Counted from the first letter of the stretch, positions 27,515-37,308 are shown. The stretch is 63,157 bases of DNA from Eubacteriales bacterium (GCA_045544735.1 JAZPZM010000172.1:1-63157); one strand, 5' to 3'. Translations and numbers: made by a program. The notes: generated from the sequence alone by a model not told the origin.

Positions 27515-28258
27515 TTAAAGTATACTTTCAAGAAATTGCTTTGTTCTGGGGTTTTGAGGATTCTCAAAAATCTCTGCGGGCGTTCCCTGCTCAGCGATAA
27601 CGCCGTCGCACATGAAGATCACGCGGTCGGCAACCTCGCGCGCAAAGCCCATCTCGTGAGTTACGACCACCATCGTCATTCCCTCGTTGGCAAGCTGTTT
27701 CATAAGCTCAAGCACCTCTCCGACCATTTCGGGGTCGAGTGCCGAGGTCGGCTCGTCGAAAAGAATTACCTTCGGCTCCATGCACAGCGCGCGCACGATG
27801 GCGATACGCTGCTTCTGACCGCCCGAAAGCTGGCTTGGATACGAATCCGCACGGTTGTCAAGTCCTACGCGCTTAAGAAGCGCCATAGCCTTTTCATTGG
27901 CTTCCGCCTTGCTCTTTTTGAGAAGCTTTATGGGAGCAAGCGTAAGGTTTTCGAGAATTGAAAGGTGGGGGAAAAGGTTAAAGTGCTGGAACACCATTCC
28001 CATCTTCTGTCTGTGAAGATTGATATTTACGTTTTTTGCGGCTATATCGACTCCGTCGAATATTATCTGTCCTTCCGTGGGAAGCTCAAGCAGGTTAAGG
28101 GAACGCAGATAGGTGGACTTTCCGCTTCCCGACGGGCCGATGATAACGACCACCTCGCCGCGCTCAATGGTCAGGTCGATTCCGTCAAGTGCCTTTATCT
28201 CACCGTTCTTGTAGTGCTTTTTGAGGCCGATCGTTTCAATAATTGCATTATCTTTCAT
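27515..28258 (-). CDS. Polar amino-acid ABC transporter, ATP-binding protein
   Basis: Walker A 'GPSGSGKST', signature 'LSGGQKQR' and Walker B '[11 protein letters not shown]' (GlnQ/TcyC-like). Start at MKDNAI (28258). Confidence 0.9.
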   Translation of the reverse strand: MKDNAIIETIGLKKHYKNGEIKALDGIDLTIERGEVVVIIGPSGSGKSTYLRSLNLLELPTEGQIIFDGVDIAAKNVNINLHRQKMGMVFQHFNLFPHLSILENLTLAPIKLLKKSKAEANEKAMALLKRVGLDNRADSYPSQLSGGQKQRIAIVRALCMEPKVILFDEPTSALDPEMVGEVLELMKQLANEGMTMVVVTHEMGFAREVADRVIFMCDGVIAEQGTPAEIFENPQNPRTKQFLESIL

Positions 28259-28979
28259 TTTTACGCAATCTCCTCTCAAGTATTTTTACAAGACGTGTAA
28301 GAATTATAACTACAACGAGATAAATCAGGGCAACTGCAATAAGCGGCATAAACGCGGAGAACGTGCGTCCGCGTATCAGCTCGCCCGCTTTGGTAAGGTC
28401 CATAATGCCCACGTAGCCCGCAACGGAGGTCTCCTTGAGGAGAACGATAAACTCGTTACAGAGCGTGGGAAGCGTAGCCTTTATCACTTGAGGGGTTATG
28501 ATATAAAGCATCGTCTGGAAGTAGTTGAAGCCGAGAGAGCGTCCCGCCTCGAACTGTCCGTTGTCTATCGACATAATACCGCCGCGGAATATCTCGGCAA
28601 CGTAAGCACCCGAGTTTATACCGAATGCAAAAACGGCAACTGCAATTCCGTTGCGCGATGAAGCGAAGATGATAAAGTAGAAGATCAAAAGCTGAACTAC
28701 TACGGGAGTGCCGCGGATTATCGTCAGGTAGAGATTGGATATGAAATTCAGAACGGAAAGAACGACGTAGCCAACACCGCCGTTTTTCTTATAGACCTCG
28801 CGGTTTTTATCGTACGTGGAACGGATAATGGCGATGATAACGCCGATGGCAACGCCGAGAAGCAGAGCGAAAAAGGTGATGATGAGGGTGTTTTTAAGTC
28901 CGTCAACGAGCCATTTCCACTTTGCGCCATCCAAAAAATTAAGTATAAATTCGTTCTTTAATTCTTCAAAAAAGCTCAA
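28248..28979 (-). CDS. Polar amino-acid ABC transporter permease
   Basis: HisM/GlnP-type permease: '[12 protein letters not shown]' and the EAA-like '[24 protein letters not shown]'. TTG start after GAGGAAA. Confidence 0.85.
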   Translation of the reverse strand: MSFFEELKNEFILNFLDGAKWKWLVDGLKNTLIITFFALLLGVAIGVIIAIIRSTYDKNREVYKKNGGVGYVVLSVLNFISNLYLTIIRGTPVVVQLLIFYFIIFASSRNGIAVAVFAFGINSGAYVAEIFRGGIMSIDNGQFEAGRSLGFNYFQTMLYIITPQVIKATLPTLCNEFIVLLKETSVAGYVGIMDLTKAGELIRGRTFSAFMPLIAVALIYLVVVIILTRLVKILERRLRKNER

Positions 28980-28997
28980 GATTATTTCCTCACAATA

Positions 28998-29019
28998 GGC
29001 GGCGCTTTTACGCGCCGCC
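28998..29019 (-). terminator. Intercistronic GC hairpin between the SBP and permease genes (partial terminator or mRNA stabiliser)
   Basis: GGCGGCGC / GCGCCGCC stem with a 6-nt loop. There is no strong U-tract. Confidence 0.5.
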
Positions 29020-29035
29020 CCTTATTCGTGTAATA

Positions 29036-29875
29036 TTATTTTCCGCTGGGAATGTACTTGTTGATGATGCGGTCGATAGTGCCGTCAGCCTTAAGCTCGT
29101 CGAGAGCCTTGTTGATCTTCTCAAGAAGCTCGGCGTTATCCTTGGAAACGCAGATGGCGTAATCCTCAATGGCGTACTCGTTGTCACCCTCAAGAATGTG
29201 GATACCCTCGTTAGCGGCTACGAAGGACTTAGCGGGCTCGTTGTCGATGATGACCATATCAACGTTACCGTTCTTAAGAGCAGCTACAGCCTCGGCACCG
29301 GTCTTGAAGCGAACTACGCGGTCGGTGATAATGGACTCGTCCTCAGCGAGATCGTTGAAGCCCCAACCGCTGATAGCGCTGGAGGAGTAGATGTCACCCG
29401 TGGTGTCCTGCTGAACGCCAACCTTGATATCGGTGTTCTTAAGTGCAGTAGGATCACCCTTGTCGTCAAATACGAAGATGTCGTCAAGAGAAGTGATGGG
29501 AGAACCATCCTTAACGATGATTACCTGAATACCCGTAGCGTAGGTGTTGGAGAAGTTTACGCTTTGCTTACGCTCCTCGGTAACGGTCATGCCAGCCATA
29601 CCGATGTCGTACTTACCGGTGGAAACTCCGCCGATGATGGAGCCGAACTCAACGTCAGCGATCTGAAGCTCCATACCGAGCTTCTTTGCGATCTCGGTAG
29701 CGATCTCAACGTCGATACCTGCAAAGTTATCACCCTCCTTGAACTCGTAGGGAGGGAAAGCGGCGTTGGTAGCCATGTAAAGAATGCCGTCATCCTTGCC
29801 CGAGCAAGAGCCGAACGCAAAGCAGAGCGAGCAGAGCATTACTGCCGCGAGAATAAGCGATGTGATTTTTTTCAT
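29036..29875 (-). CDS. Amino-acid ABC transporter substrate-binding lipoprotein
   Basis: Lipobox 'LCFAFGSCSG'. Family-3 SBP motifs 'ATNAAFPPYEF', 'GIDVEIA' and 'DIGMAGMTVTEER'. Confidence 0.9.
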   Translation of the reverse strand: MKKITSLILAAVMLCSLCFAFGSCSGKDDGILYMATNAAFPPYEFKEGDNFAGIDVEIATEIAKKLGMELQIADVEFGSIIGGVSTGKYDIGMAGMTVTEERKQSVNFSNTYATGIQVIIVKDGSPITSLDDIFVFDDKGDPTALKNTDIKVGVQQDTTGDIYSSSAISGWGFNDLAEDESIITDRVVRFKTGAEAVAALKNGNVDMVIIDNEPAKSFVAANEGIHILEGDNEYAIEDYAICVSKDNAELLEKINKALDELKADGTIDRIINKYIPSGK

Positions 29876-29952
29876 GATAAAACCTCCATAAGATTAAATA
29901 GATATTAACATTATAATGTATATTTATTCAATTGTCAATACTTTGTGCCATT

Positions 29953-32793
29953 TTATTTCGACAAATAGCCCTTAAGGTATTTACCCGTGTAGGAGTGAGC
30001 GCATTTTGCGACCTCCTCTGGCGTACCCGTCGCCACGACCGTGCCGCCGCCGTCGCCGCCCTCCGGACCGAGGTCGATGATGTAGTCGGCGGTCTTTATG
30101 ACCTCAAGGTTATGCTCGATAACAAGCACCGTGTTGCCCGCCTCAACGAGCCTTGAAAGCACGGTGAGGAGACGCGCCACGTCGTCGGTGTGAAGTCCCG
30201 TCGTCGGCTCGTCAAGGATGTAGAAGGTCTTTCCCGTGCTTCTTTTGGCAAGCTCGGTGGCAAGCTTCACGCGCTGTGCCTCGCCGCCCGAAATGGTGGT
30301 AGATGATTGACCTATCTTGATGTAGCCGAGTCCTACGTCGCAAAGCGTTTGCAGGTACTTGCGTATCTTCGGGATGCTGTCAAAGAAAACGAGTCCCTCC
30401 TCGGCGGTCATTTCAAGCACCTCGTAGATGTTTTTGCCCTTGTACTTGACCTCCAGCGTGTCGCGGTTGTATTTATGTCCCTTGCAAACGTCGCAGGTAA
30501 CGTAAACGTCGGGCAAAAAGTGCATTTCTATCTTTTTTACGCCGTCGCCGCCGCACGCCTCACAGCGTCCGCCGCGCACGTTAAATGAAAAGCGTCCCGC
30601 GCCGTAGCCGCGAGTCACCGCGTCCTGCGTTTTTGCAAAAAGCGTGCGTATCTCGTTGAAAAGTCCCGTGTACGTCGCGGGATTCGAGCGCGGCGTGCGC
30701 CCGATGGGACTTTGGTCGATGTCAATAACCTTGTCAAGATGCTCGATGCCCTCTATCGACGTGTGCTTGCCCGCCTTGCGGCGCGCGCCGTTGAGCTTCG
30801 AGGTAAGCACGGGATTGATAACGCCGTTGACAAGCGAGGATTTGCCCGAACCCGAAACGCCCGTTACGCAAACGAAGCATCCGAGCGGAACGTCCACGTC
30901 AACGCCGCGCAGATTGTTCACCTGCGCACCTCTTACGCGCAGGAAATTGCCGTTTCCGATTCTGCGCACGGCGGGGAGCGGTATGCTTTTGCGCCCCGAC
31001 AGATACGCGCCCGTCAGCGAGGATTTGTTTTTTGCGACCTCAGCGGGCGTGCCTGCGGCAACTACCTCGCCGCCGTGAATGCCCGCACCGGGACCTATAT
31101 CGACGAGATAGTCAGCCGAGCGCATCATATCCTCGTCGTGCTCGACCACGATAACGGTGTTTCCGAGGTCGCGCAGTTTTTTGAGAGTTGCGATAAGGCG
31201 GTCGTTGTCGCGCTGATGCAGACCGATGCTCGGCTCGTCAAGCACGTACAGCACGCCGACGAGCGCCGAGCCTATCTGCGTTGCAAGGCGTATGCGCTGT
31301 GCCTCGCCGCCCGACAGCGTTCCCGCGCGGCGCGAAAGCGTGAGATATTCAAGCCCTACGCTGTCAAGGAAGCTCAGGCGTGCGCGTATCTCCTTGATTA
31401 TCTCCTTTGCGATAGCCGCCTCAGTCGCGGTCATTTCAAGCGCCGTGTTGTTGACAAGCTCAAGCGCCTTTCCTACGGAAAGATTACAGAACTCGTCTAT
31501 CGCAAGTCCGCCGACGGTAACGGCGAGCGACATGGGATTTAAGCGGCGACCGCCGCATTTATGGCAGGGGACTTCCTCTACGAAATCCTCGTAGTATTCC
31601 TCAGCGCCGCCGTATTGCATGCGTTGCTCGATAATGGGTATAACTCCCTCAAATTTTGCAAGTCTGCGGTGCGCCTCCTTGCCGAAATAGCGCGTAACGT
31701 CGTATTTCTCCTCGCCCGAGCCGTAGAGCAGAACGTTCATCTGCTTATCCGTGAACTCGGAAAGGGGAGCGTCCATAGTAAAGCCGAATCTTTCCGCAAC
31801 TGCGGCGAAAAGCGGACCGTTCCAGCTCTCCTCCTCGAGCGATTTAAAGCCGTTTACCGCTATCGCGCCCTGTGAGAGCGAAAGCGAAAGGTCGGGAATG
31901 ACCTTTTCAACGGATATGCGGCGGCTCATTCCGAGTCCCGCGCACGCGTCGCACGCGCCCGCGGGGTTGTTGAACGAAAACATACGCGGCTCAAGCTCGC
32001 CAAAGGAAATGCCGTGCTCCTCGCAGGCGTATGACTGCGAAAACTCAAGCTCACGCGCTTCCTCGCCCTCGTCGCGCGGAACGGTAACGATGAGAAGTCT
32101 GCCCTCCGCAAGCGAAAGCGCGGTCTCTACTGAATCCGAAAGGCGCGAGCGTATGCCCTCGCGGATAACGAGTCGGTCAACTACGATTTCAATGCTGTGG
32201 CGCAGATTCTTGTCGAGCTTTATCTCCTCGTCAAGATCGTACATGCTTCCGTCAACGCGCACGCGCGCGTAGCCCGATTTCTTTGCGTCGGCAAAGACCT
32301 TTTCGTGCATACCCTTCTTGGCGCGAACAACGGGGGAAAGCACCATAAAGCGCTCGCCGTCGGGAAGCGTGAGTATGCGGTCGATTATCTGGTCAACGCT
32401 CTGGCGGCGTATCTCCTTGCCGCAAACGGGGCAGTGAGGAACGCCAATTCGCGCGTAGAGAAGGCGCAGATAATCGTATATCTCCGTAACCGTACCCACT
32501 GTGGAGCGCGGATTCTTCGACGTGGTCTTCTGGTCTATTGATATAGCGGGGGAAAGTCCCTCGATGGAGTCAAGGTCGGGCTTGTCAAGCTGACCGAGGA
32601 ACTGCCTTGCGTACGACGAGAGCGACTCGACGAAGCGGCGGTGTCCCTCGGCGTATATGGTATCAAACGCGAGCGAGGATTTACCAGAGCCCGAAAGCCC
32701 CGTAAATACCACCAGCTTGTCGCGCGGTATCGTTAGATTTACGTTTTTTAAATTGTGGACGCGAGCGCCCGTTATTTTAATTTGCTTTGACAT
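29953..32793 (-). CDS. uvrA: Excinuclease ABC subunit A
   Basis: 946 aa. Two ABC modules ('[14 protein letters not shown]', '[11 protein letters not shown]'), zinc modules ('CPVCGKEI', 'CEACGGDG...CDVCKG') and '[12 protein letters not shown]'. Confidence 0.97.
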   Translation of the reverse strand: MSKQIKITGARVHNLKNVNLTIPRDKLVVFTGLSGSGKSSLAFDTIYAEGHRRFVESLSSYARQFLGQLDKPDLDSIEGLSPAISIDQKTTSKNPRSTVGTVTEIYDYLRLLYARIGVPHCPVCGKEIRRQSVDQIIDRILTLPDGERFMVLSPVVRAKKGMHEKVFADAKKSGYARVRVDGSMYDLDEEIKLDKNLRHSIEIVVDRLVIREGIRSRLSDSVETALSLAEGRLLIVTVPRDEGEEARELEFSQSYACEEHGISFGELEPRMFSFNNPAGACDACAGLGMSRRISVEKVIPDLSLSLSQGAIAVNGFKSLEEESWNGPLFAAVAERFGFTMDAPLSEFTDKQMNVLLYGSGEEKYDVTRYFGKEAHRRLAKFEGVIPIIEQRMQYGGAEEYYEDFVEEVPCHKCGGRRLNPMSLAVTVGGLAIDEFCNLSVGKALELVNNTALEMTATEAAIAKEIIKEIRARLSFLDSVGLEYLTLSRRAGTLSGGEAQRIRLATQIGSALVGVLYVLDEPSIGLHQRDNDRLIATLKKLRDLGNTVIVVEHDEDMMRSADYLVDIGPGAGIHGGEVVAAGTPAEVAKNKSSLTGAYLSGRKSIPLPAVRRIGNGNFLRVRGAQVNNLRGVDVDVPLGCFVCVTGVSGSGKSSLVNGVINPVLTSKLNGARRKAGKHTSIEGIEHLDKVIDIDQSPIGRTPRSNPATYTGLFNEIRTLFAKTQDAVTRGYGAGRFSFNVRGGRCEACGGDGVKKIEMHFLPDVYVTCDVCKGHKYNRDTLEVKYKGKNIYEVLEMTAEEGLVFFDSIPKIRKYLQTLCDVGLGYIKIGQSSTTISGGEAQRVKLATELAKRSTGKTFYILDEPTTGLHTDDVARLLTVLSRLVEAGNTVLVIEHNLEVIKTADYIIDLGPEGGDGGGTVVATGTPEEVAKCAHSYTGKYLKGYLSK

Positions 32794-32802
32794 TTTTATT
32801 CC

Positions 32803-34794
32803 TTACTTTTTCTTTGCGCCCTCGTCGCGCAGTATCTTTATGCGGTCGCGCAGGTAAGCCGCAAGCTCGAAGTCAAGCCGCTTTGCAGCCTCTTTCATCT
32901 CGCGCGTCATGCTTTCGATAAGCTTTTCGCGCTCTGCGCGTCCCATCTTCGCGGGCTTTGCCACGTCCTGCTTCTTCGCGCTTGCCTCGTCGCTCGGCAA
33001 GCCGACGTCGATAAGGTCGCGTATTCCTTTTTTGATGGTTTTCGGCACAATGCCGTGTTTTTCGTTATATTCCTTTTGTATCTTGCGGCGGCGCTCCGTT
33101 TCGGCTATCGCGCGGCTCATAGAGCGCGTTATCGTGTCCGCGTACATAATGACCTTTCCGTTTGCGTTTCGCGCGGCGCGTCCTATGGTCTGTATCAGCG
33201 AGCGCTCCGCACGCAAAAAGCCCTCCTTGTCCGCGTCAAGTATCGCCACGAGCGACACTTCGGGGATGTCAAGTCCCTCACGGAGAAGGTTTATTCCGAC
33301 GAGAACGTCGAAAACGCCAAGGCGCAGGTCGCGGATTATCTGCATACGCTCCATCGTGTCGATGTTGAAGTGGATATATCTTACCTTTACGCCGTTGTCG
33401 GCAAGGTAGTCGGTAAGGTCCTCCGCCATTTTGCGTGTCAGCGTGGTCACGAGCACGCGCTCGCCTATCTCGGCGCGGCGGCGTATCTCAAGCAGGAGAT
33501 CGTCCACCTGCCCCTCGATGGGGCGCACCTCTATTTCGGGGTCAATGAGTCCCGTGGGGCGAATTATCTGCTCGGTCACAAGCTCGCAATGCTCCTCCTC
33601 GTAGTCACCGGGGGTTGCGCTTACGAACACGGCTTGATTTATCCTTGACTCGAATTCCTCAAAATAAAGCGGGCGGTTATCGTACGCGCTGGGGAGGCGG
33701 AAGCCGAAATCAACGAGATTGCGCTTTCGCGCAGTATCTCCGCCGCTCATTCCGCGCACCTGCGGAAGCGTAACGTGCGATTCGTCCACGAACAGCAGAA
33801 AATCACGCGGGAAGTAATCAAGCAACGTGTACGGCGTTGAGCCTACGGGTCTGCCCGAAAGCACGCGCGAGTAGTTTTCAACGCCCGAGCAAAATCCTAT
33901 CTCGCGGAGCATTTCAAGGTCGTATTTCGTGCGCTCGGTTATGCGCTGAGCCTCAAGAAATTTGTTTTGAGAGGTGAAAAATTCAGCCCTCTCCACCATT
34001 TCGCGCTCTATCTCACGAAGCGCGACCTCCTTTTTATCGTCGGACACCGCGTAGTGCGTGGCGGGGTAGATTGCGGCGTACGAAAGGCGGCGCAAAAGCT
34101 CGCCCGTCACCGTGTTTATCTCGGATATGCGGTCGATGGTGTCACCGAAAAACTCCACGCGGAGTGCCTTGTCACCGCTTGACGCGGGTATGACCTCGAC
34201 GGTGTCGCCGCGTACGCGGAAGCTGTCGCGTTCGGGTGACATGTCGTTTCGCGTGTAGCTGATAGCGGCAAGACGGCGCAAAAATTCGTTGCGCTCCATC
34301 TCCATTCCTGGGCGCACCGCCAAAACGAGGCGGCTGTATTCTTCGGGGTCACCGAGCGAGTAGATGCAGGAAACGCTCGCGACTATGATAACGTCGCGCC
34401 GCTCAAAGAGCGCCGAGGTCGCGCTGTGGCGCAGACGGTCTATCTCGTCGTTTACCATAGCGACCTTTCAGATATACATATCCTTACCGGGGATATCCGC
34501 CTCGGGCTGATAGTAATCGTAGTAGGAAACGAAATATTCCACCGCGTTTTCGGGGAAGAATTCGCGGAACTCCGTGCATAGCTGTGCCGCGAGAGTCTTG
34601 TTGTGCGCGAGAATGAGTGTCGGGCGGTTCATACGCGCAATGACGTTTGCCATGGTAAACGTCTTGCCCGAGCCCGTAACGCCGAGAAGCGTCTGCATAC
34701 GCTCGCCCGCGTTAAGCCCTGCGACTATTTTTTCTATCGCTTCGGGCTGGTCGCCCGTCGGCGCAAATTCGGAAACTAATTTAAAGCTTGCCAT
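32803..34794 (-). pseudogene. uvrB: Excinuclease ABC subunit B interrupted by one in-frame TGA (two ORFs: 34468-34794 and 32803-34458)
   Basis: The N-terminal ORF carries '[15 protein letters not shown]...YYDYYQPEA' and ends '...DMYI*'. The same frame continues '[25 protein letters not shown]...' to the UVR domain '[13 protein letters not shown]'. The TGA at 34468-34470 replaces the conserved Glu of 'YIEKD'. Confidence 0.7.
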
Positions 34795-35162
34795 TAATTG
34801 AGTCCCTCAACGGTGGTATCGTAGTATTTTTCCTGAAAATTGATTGCCGTCGCCATCTCCTCGACGGTGAAGTGCATTCCCGCGGGCGCGGCAATGAGCT
34901 TGTCCTCAACGTCATTCGCGCGGTGAGCGATGCCGATAATGCGGCAGGTGTATTCCGTAACGGGTGTGGAAACGCCGAGAAGATAAACGTCAAGCTCCTC
35001 GCCGTCGCCGCCGAGAACGCCGGGGATATATCCGTAGTTTATGGGATAGTGCAGCGAATATTTTTCCTTGTGATGAACGTATCCCACGGGTCTGTCGATG
35101 CCTATGGTAACGGTCTTGCCGAGATACCCGCGGACAAGCGCTTTTCTTTCTTCAAAGGTCAT
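34794..35162 (-). CDS. Short inorganic-pyrophosphatase-like protein (family I PPase core)
   Basis: '[22 protein letters not shown]' and 'VEDKLIAAP' parallel the E. coli PPase 'YGYI...DGDP.DVLV' and 'D.KL.AVP' motifs. At only ~122 aa it is short. Its stop overlaps the uvrB ATG (TAATG). Confidence 0.7.
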   Translation of the reverse strand: MTFEERKALVRGYLGKTVTIGIDRPVGYVHHKEKYSLHYPINYGYIPGVLGGDGEELDVYLLGVSTPVTEYTCRIIGIAHRANDVEDKLIAAPAGMHFTVEEMATAINFQEKYYDTTVEGLN

Positions 35163-35235
35163 TTTTTCTCCTCCGTTTACGAGCCTATTCATAATTATTA
35201 TATCACAAAATAAAAGCATATGTAAATAGATATAA

Positions 35236-35266
35236 AGAAAAAACACAGCTCACTGCTGTGTTTTTT
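35236..35266. terminator. Bidirectional terminator adjoining the vanZ 3' relic
   Basis: A-run, ACACAGC-TCACT-GCTGTGT, then T-run. Only the loop and right arm are duplicated at 36720-36733. Confidence 0.8.
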
Positions 35267-35323
35267 GAAATCTGTCAAGCTTTAGCTTTTCGTACCGCAA
35301 AAGAATCGAGGCGATTGCCGCGC
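35248..35323. repeat. Direct repeat copy A: relic of the vanZ 3' end (encodes ...AAIASILLRYEKLKLDRFQKTQQ* on the minus strand)
   Basis: 72/76 identical to 36720-36795, with an offset of 1472 bp. Weaker, indel-containing similarity continues to about 35345. Confidence 0.85.
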
Positions 35324-35519
35324 GCTACGTGTGATCCAAACGTTAGCGTCGAAAAGTGGAAAATGCAGATTGATGAATTTGCTTATTTATGATATAATAC
35401 CTTTGAAAATCAAAGTAAAACTATACTTTGCCTCAACAAACACTTCGTGGAATAATTCCTGAAATCTGATATAATAAAATCACAAAAGCGCTTTTGAATA
35501 ATTTTTGGAGGACAAAAAT

Positions 35520-36611
35520 ATGTCTATTGGTTCTACCATTAAACGTTTGCGTCGTGAGAAGGATATTACACAGGAGCAGCTTGCCGAATATCTTGGAATC
35601 ACCTCGCGTGCAATCTCTCAATGGGAGTGCGATAGAACCGCCCCCGATATTTCCCAACTTCCCGCACTTTGTCATATCTTCGATGTTTCGTCAGATGTTT
35701 TGCTTGGAATCGATATCGAGAAGAACAATGAGGAAATAAAGAAATATTTGAGCGATGCGGCTGAATTGGGCTATCAAGGAAAGGGTGCAGAGCGTACTGC
35801 ACTTCTCCGCGAAGCAAACAAAAAATTTCCACGAGACTATAAGATTATGCAAAGCCTTGCTGATTCGTTGGTATGCGAGTACTCTCGGAAAGGCATCAAG
35901 GAATATGACGAGGTGTTTGACCTTTGCAATCGAATCCTTGCGGAATGTACCGATAGCACCACGCGATACGAAGCAATTGGTACTCTTGGAACTGCCTACG
36001 GATATGCAGGCAAAAAAGATGAAATGCTGAAACTGGCTAAGGAAATGCCACGAGCTCATTTTTCGTATGAAAACTTTATGATGTACCGTTGGAAGGGTGA
36101 TGCTGACTTCGAAGAATTTCAAGGCTTTTTATCTTATTTAATTTACCACACAGCTGAAATGATTGAATGTGCAGTCCATCAAAAGCACGATAATGGAGAG
36201 TTTATTTATCCACTTGAAGACAGAATTCATTTGTGGAAAACCGAAGTAGGTTTTCTTGACTTGCTTTTCCCCGACGGTGATTATCAAATCAAAGCTCAAC
36301 TTGGTGAAGTTGCTTGCGGTTTGCTTTGTACCGCATATTTGAGAAAGCAGAACCATGAAGAAGCGTGGAAGTGGCTGGAGAAAAGTGCCGATTTTGCTAT
36401 TCATATGGACACATATGATTTTGATGCGCCGCACACCTCGCCAATTCTTCGCGGATACTCGAGTGGCGGATGGATTATGGAGGCGGATGGCAATCGTTCG
36501 CAATCTCTGCTTGAATGGTTGGAAATTAATAATGAAGTTGCCGTTTTGCGTTCCGATGCTCGTTATGAAGTACTTGTTGATCGCCTGAAAGCAGTTGCAA
36601 AAAAGCCGTAA
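35520..36611 (+). CDS. XRE-family HTH regulator with a helical-repeat (TPR-like) C-terminal domain
   Basis: 'IKRLRREKDITQEQLAEYLGITSRAISQWECDRTAPDISQLPALCHIFDVSSDVLLGID' HTH plus a ~290-aa alpha-helical repeat region. ATG 35520 follows GGAGG. Visibly AT-richer than its neighbours. Confidence 0.85.
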   Translation: MSIGSTIKRLRREKDITQEQLAEYLGITSRAISQWECDRTAPDISQLPALCHIFDVSSDVLLGIDIEKNNEEIKKYLSDAAELGYQGKGAERTALLREANKKFPRDYKIMQSLADSLVCEYSRKGIKEYDEVFDLCNRILAECTDSTTRYEAIGTLGTAYGYAGKKDEMLKLAKEMPRAHFSYENFMMYRWKGDADFEEFQGFLSYLIYHTAEMIECAVHQKHDNGEFIYPLEDRIHLWKTEVGFLDLLFPDGDYQIKAQLGEVACGLLCTAYLRKQNHEEAWKWLEKSADFAIHMDTYDFDAPHTSPILRGYSSGGWIMEADGNRSQSLLEWLEINNEVAVLRSDARYEVLVDRLKAVAKKP

Positions 36612-36617
36612 GTTATC

Positions 36618-36650
36618 GCCCCGCCTCGCGCGGGGCTTTGCTTTGTTTTT
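36618..36650 (+). terminator. Terminator of the XRE-TPR gene
   Basis: GCCCCGC-CTCGC-GCGGGGC followed by TTTGCTTTGTTTTT. Confidence 0.85.
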
Positions 36651-36718
36651 CTGCGTATGAAAAAGCCACCACTTCAAAAAGTGATGGCTAAATTCAATTT
36701 TACCGCTAATTTTGCAGA
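36642..36718 (+). repeat. Conserved cassette right-end module, copy 1
   Basis: Directly after the cassette gene's terminator: TTTGTTTTTCTGCGTAT (36642-36658) ... CCGCTAATTTTGCAGA (36703-36718). The same order and motifs occur at 53392-53517. Confidence 0.7.
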
Positions 36719-36719
36719 G

Positions 36720-36795
36720 GCTCACGGCTGTGTTTTTTGAAATCTGTCAAGCTTTAGCTTTTCGTGTCGCAAAAGAATCGAGGCGATCGCCGCGC
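36720..36795. repeat. Direct repeat copy B: the genuine 3' end of vanZ
   Basis: Matches 35248-35323. Mismatches are at 36726, 36766-36767 and 36788. Confidence 0.85.
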
Positions 36796-37297
36796 CTATC
36801 GTAACGCCCAAAAAGTTCAGGATAACGTCGTCGATATCCGTCGCGCGCGTGGGAAGGCAGGTCTGGATAAGCTCGATGGCGCACGAAAGGATAAGTCCGA
36901 AAAGTGCGCTCTGCCACAGACGGCTTCGCACGGTAAGGCGGTGGAAAAAGCCGAGCGGGACGAAAAGCAAAACGTTTCCGAGAACGTTCACGGTAAGAAA
37001 ATACCTGAAATCCTCGCCGCTCATTTTTGACAGCCGCGTGAATACCTTGAACGGTATGACGTTTATCATATCACGGCTCAATTCGGGCGCGGAAAAGCCC
37101 AACGAATATATGCTTCCGTCGCGTGTGAGCGTTTGCGAAAGAATGGCGATCAGAAACAGATGAAATAGGAAAAGCGCACCCTCTCGCGCAAGCGAGGTGT
37201 TTTTTCTGATGGTCAGCCCCCTGATTCCTATATAAAGCAGGGAAAAAATGAGCGCGAATGGAAGTATCTTTTCACAGTACGAGAGAATATAATCCAC
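36722..37297 (-). CDS. VanZ family membrane protein
   Basis: 'NVIPFKVF', 'NVLGNVLLFVPLGFF' and 'RATDIDDVILNFLGVTIGA' are VanZ-like motifs. Confidence 0.85.
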   Translation of the reverse strand: MDYILSYCEKILPFALIFSLLYIGIRGLTIRKNTSLAREGALFLFHLFLIAILSQTLTRDGSIYSLGFSAPELSRDMINVIPFKVFTRLSKMSGEDFRYFLTVNVLGNVLLFVPLGFFHRLTVRSRLWQSALFGLILSCAIELIQTCLPTRATDIDDVILNFLGVTIGAAIASILLRHEKLKLDRFQKTQP

Positions 37298-37308
37298 ACT
37301 AAAACCTC

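Larger units (their letters stand above)
35324..36719. mobile_element. Single-gene (XRE-TPR) cassette bounded by 76-bp direct repeats of the vanZ 3' end
   Basis: AT-rich 1.4-kb segment between repeat copies 35248-35323 and 36720-36795. Its right end (CCGCTAATTTTGCAGA, 36703-36718) is homologous to both ends of the 52704-53517 element. Confidence 0.4.

Noticed and set aside
34468-34470. uvrB TGA as selenocysteine or as a reassigned sense codon (code 4/25)
   Set aside because: TGA terminates several well-conserved genes in this window (hisG, mraZ and others). The position aligns with Glu, not Cys, Trp or Gly, and no SECIS-like hairpin follows. A nonsense mutation or a sequence error is more parsimonious.
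36657-36740. 27-codon ORF (MKKPPLQKVMAKFNFTANFAEAHGCVF) downstream of the XRE-TPR gene, as a possible quorum pro-peptide
   Set aside because: It lies after the regulator's strong terminator and has no SD. It lacks a hydrophobic signal segment and runs into the vanZ 3' end on the opposite strand. The homologous right-end module at 53392-53517 has no equivalent ORF.
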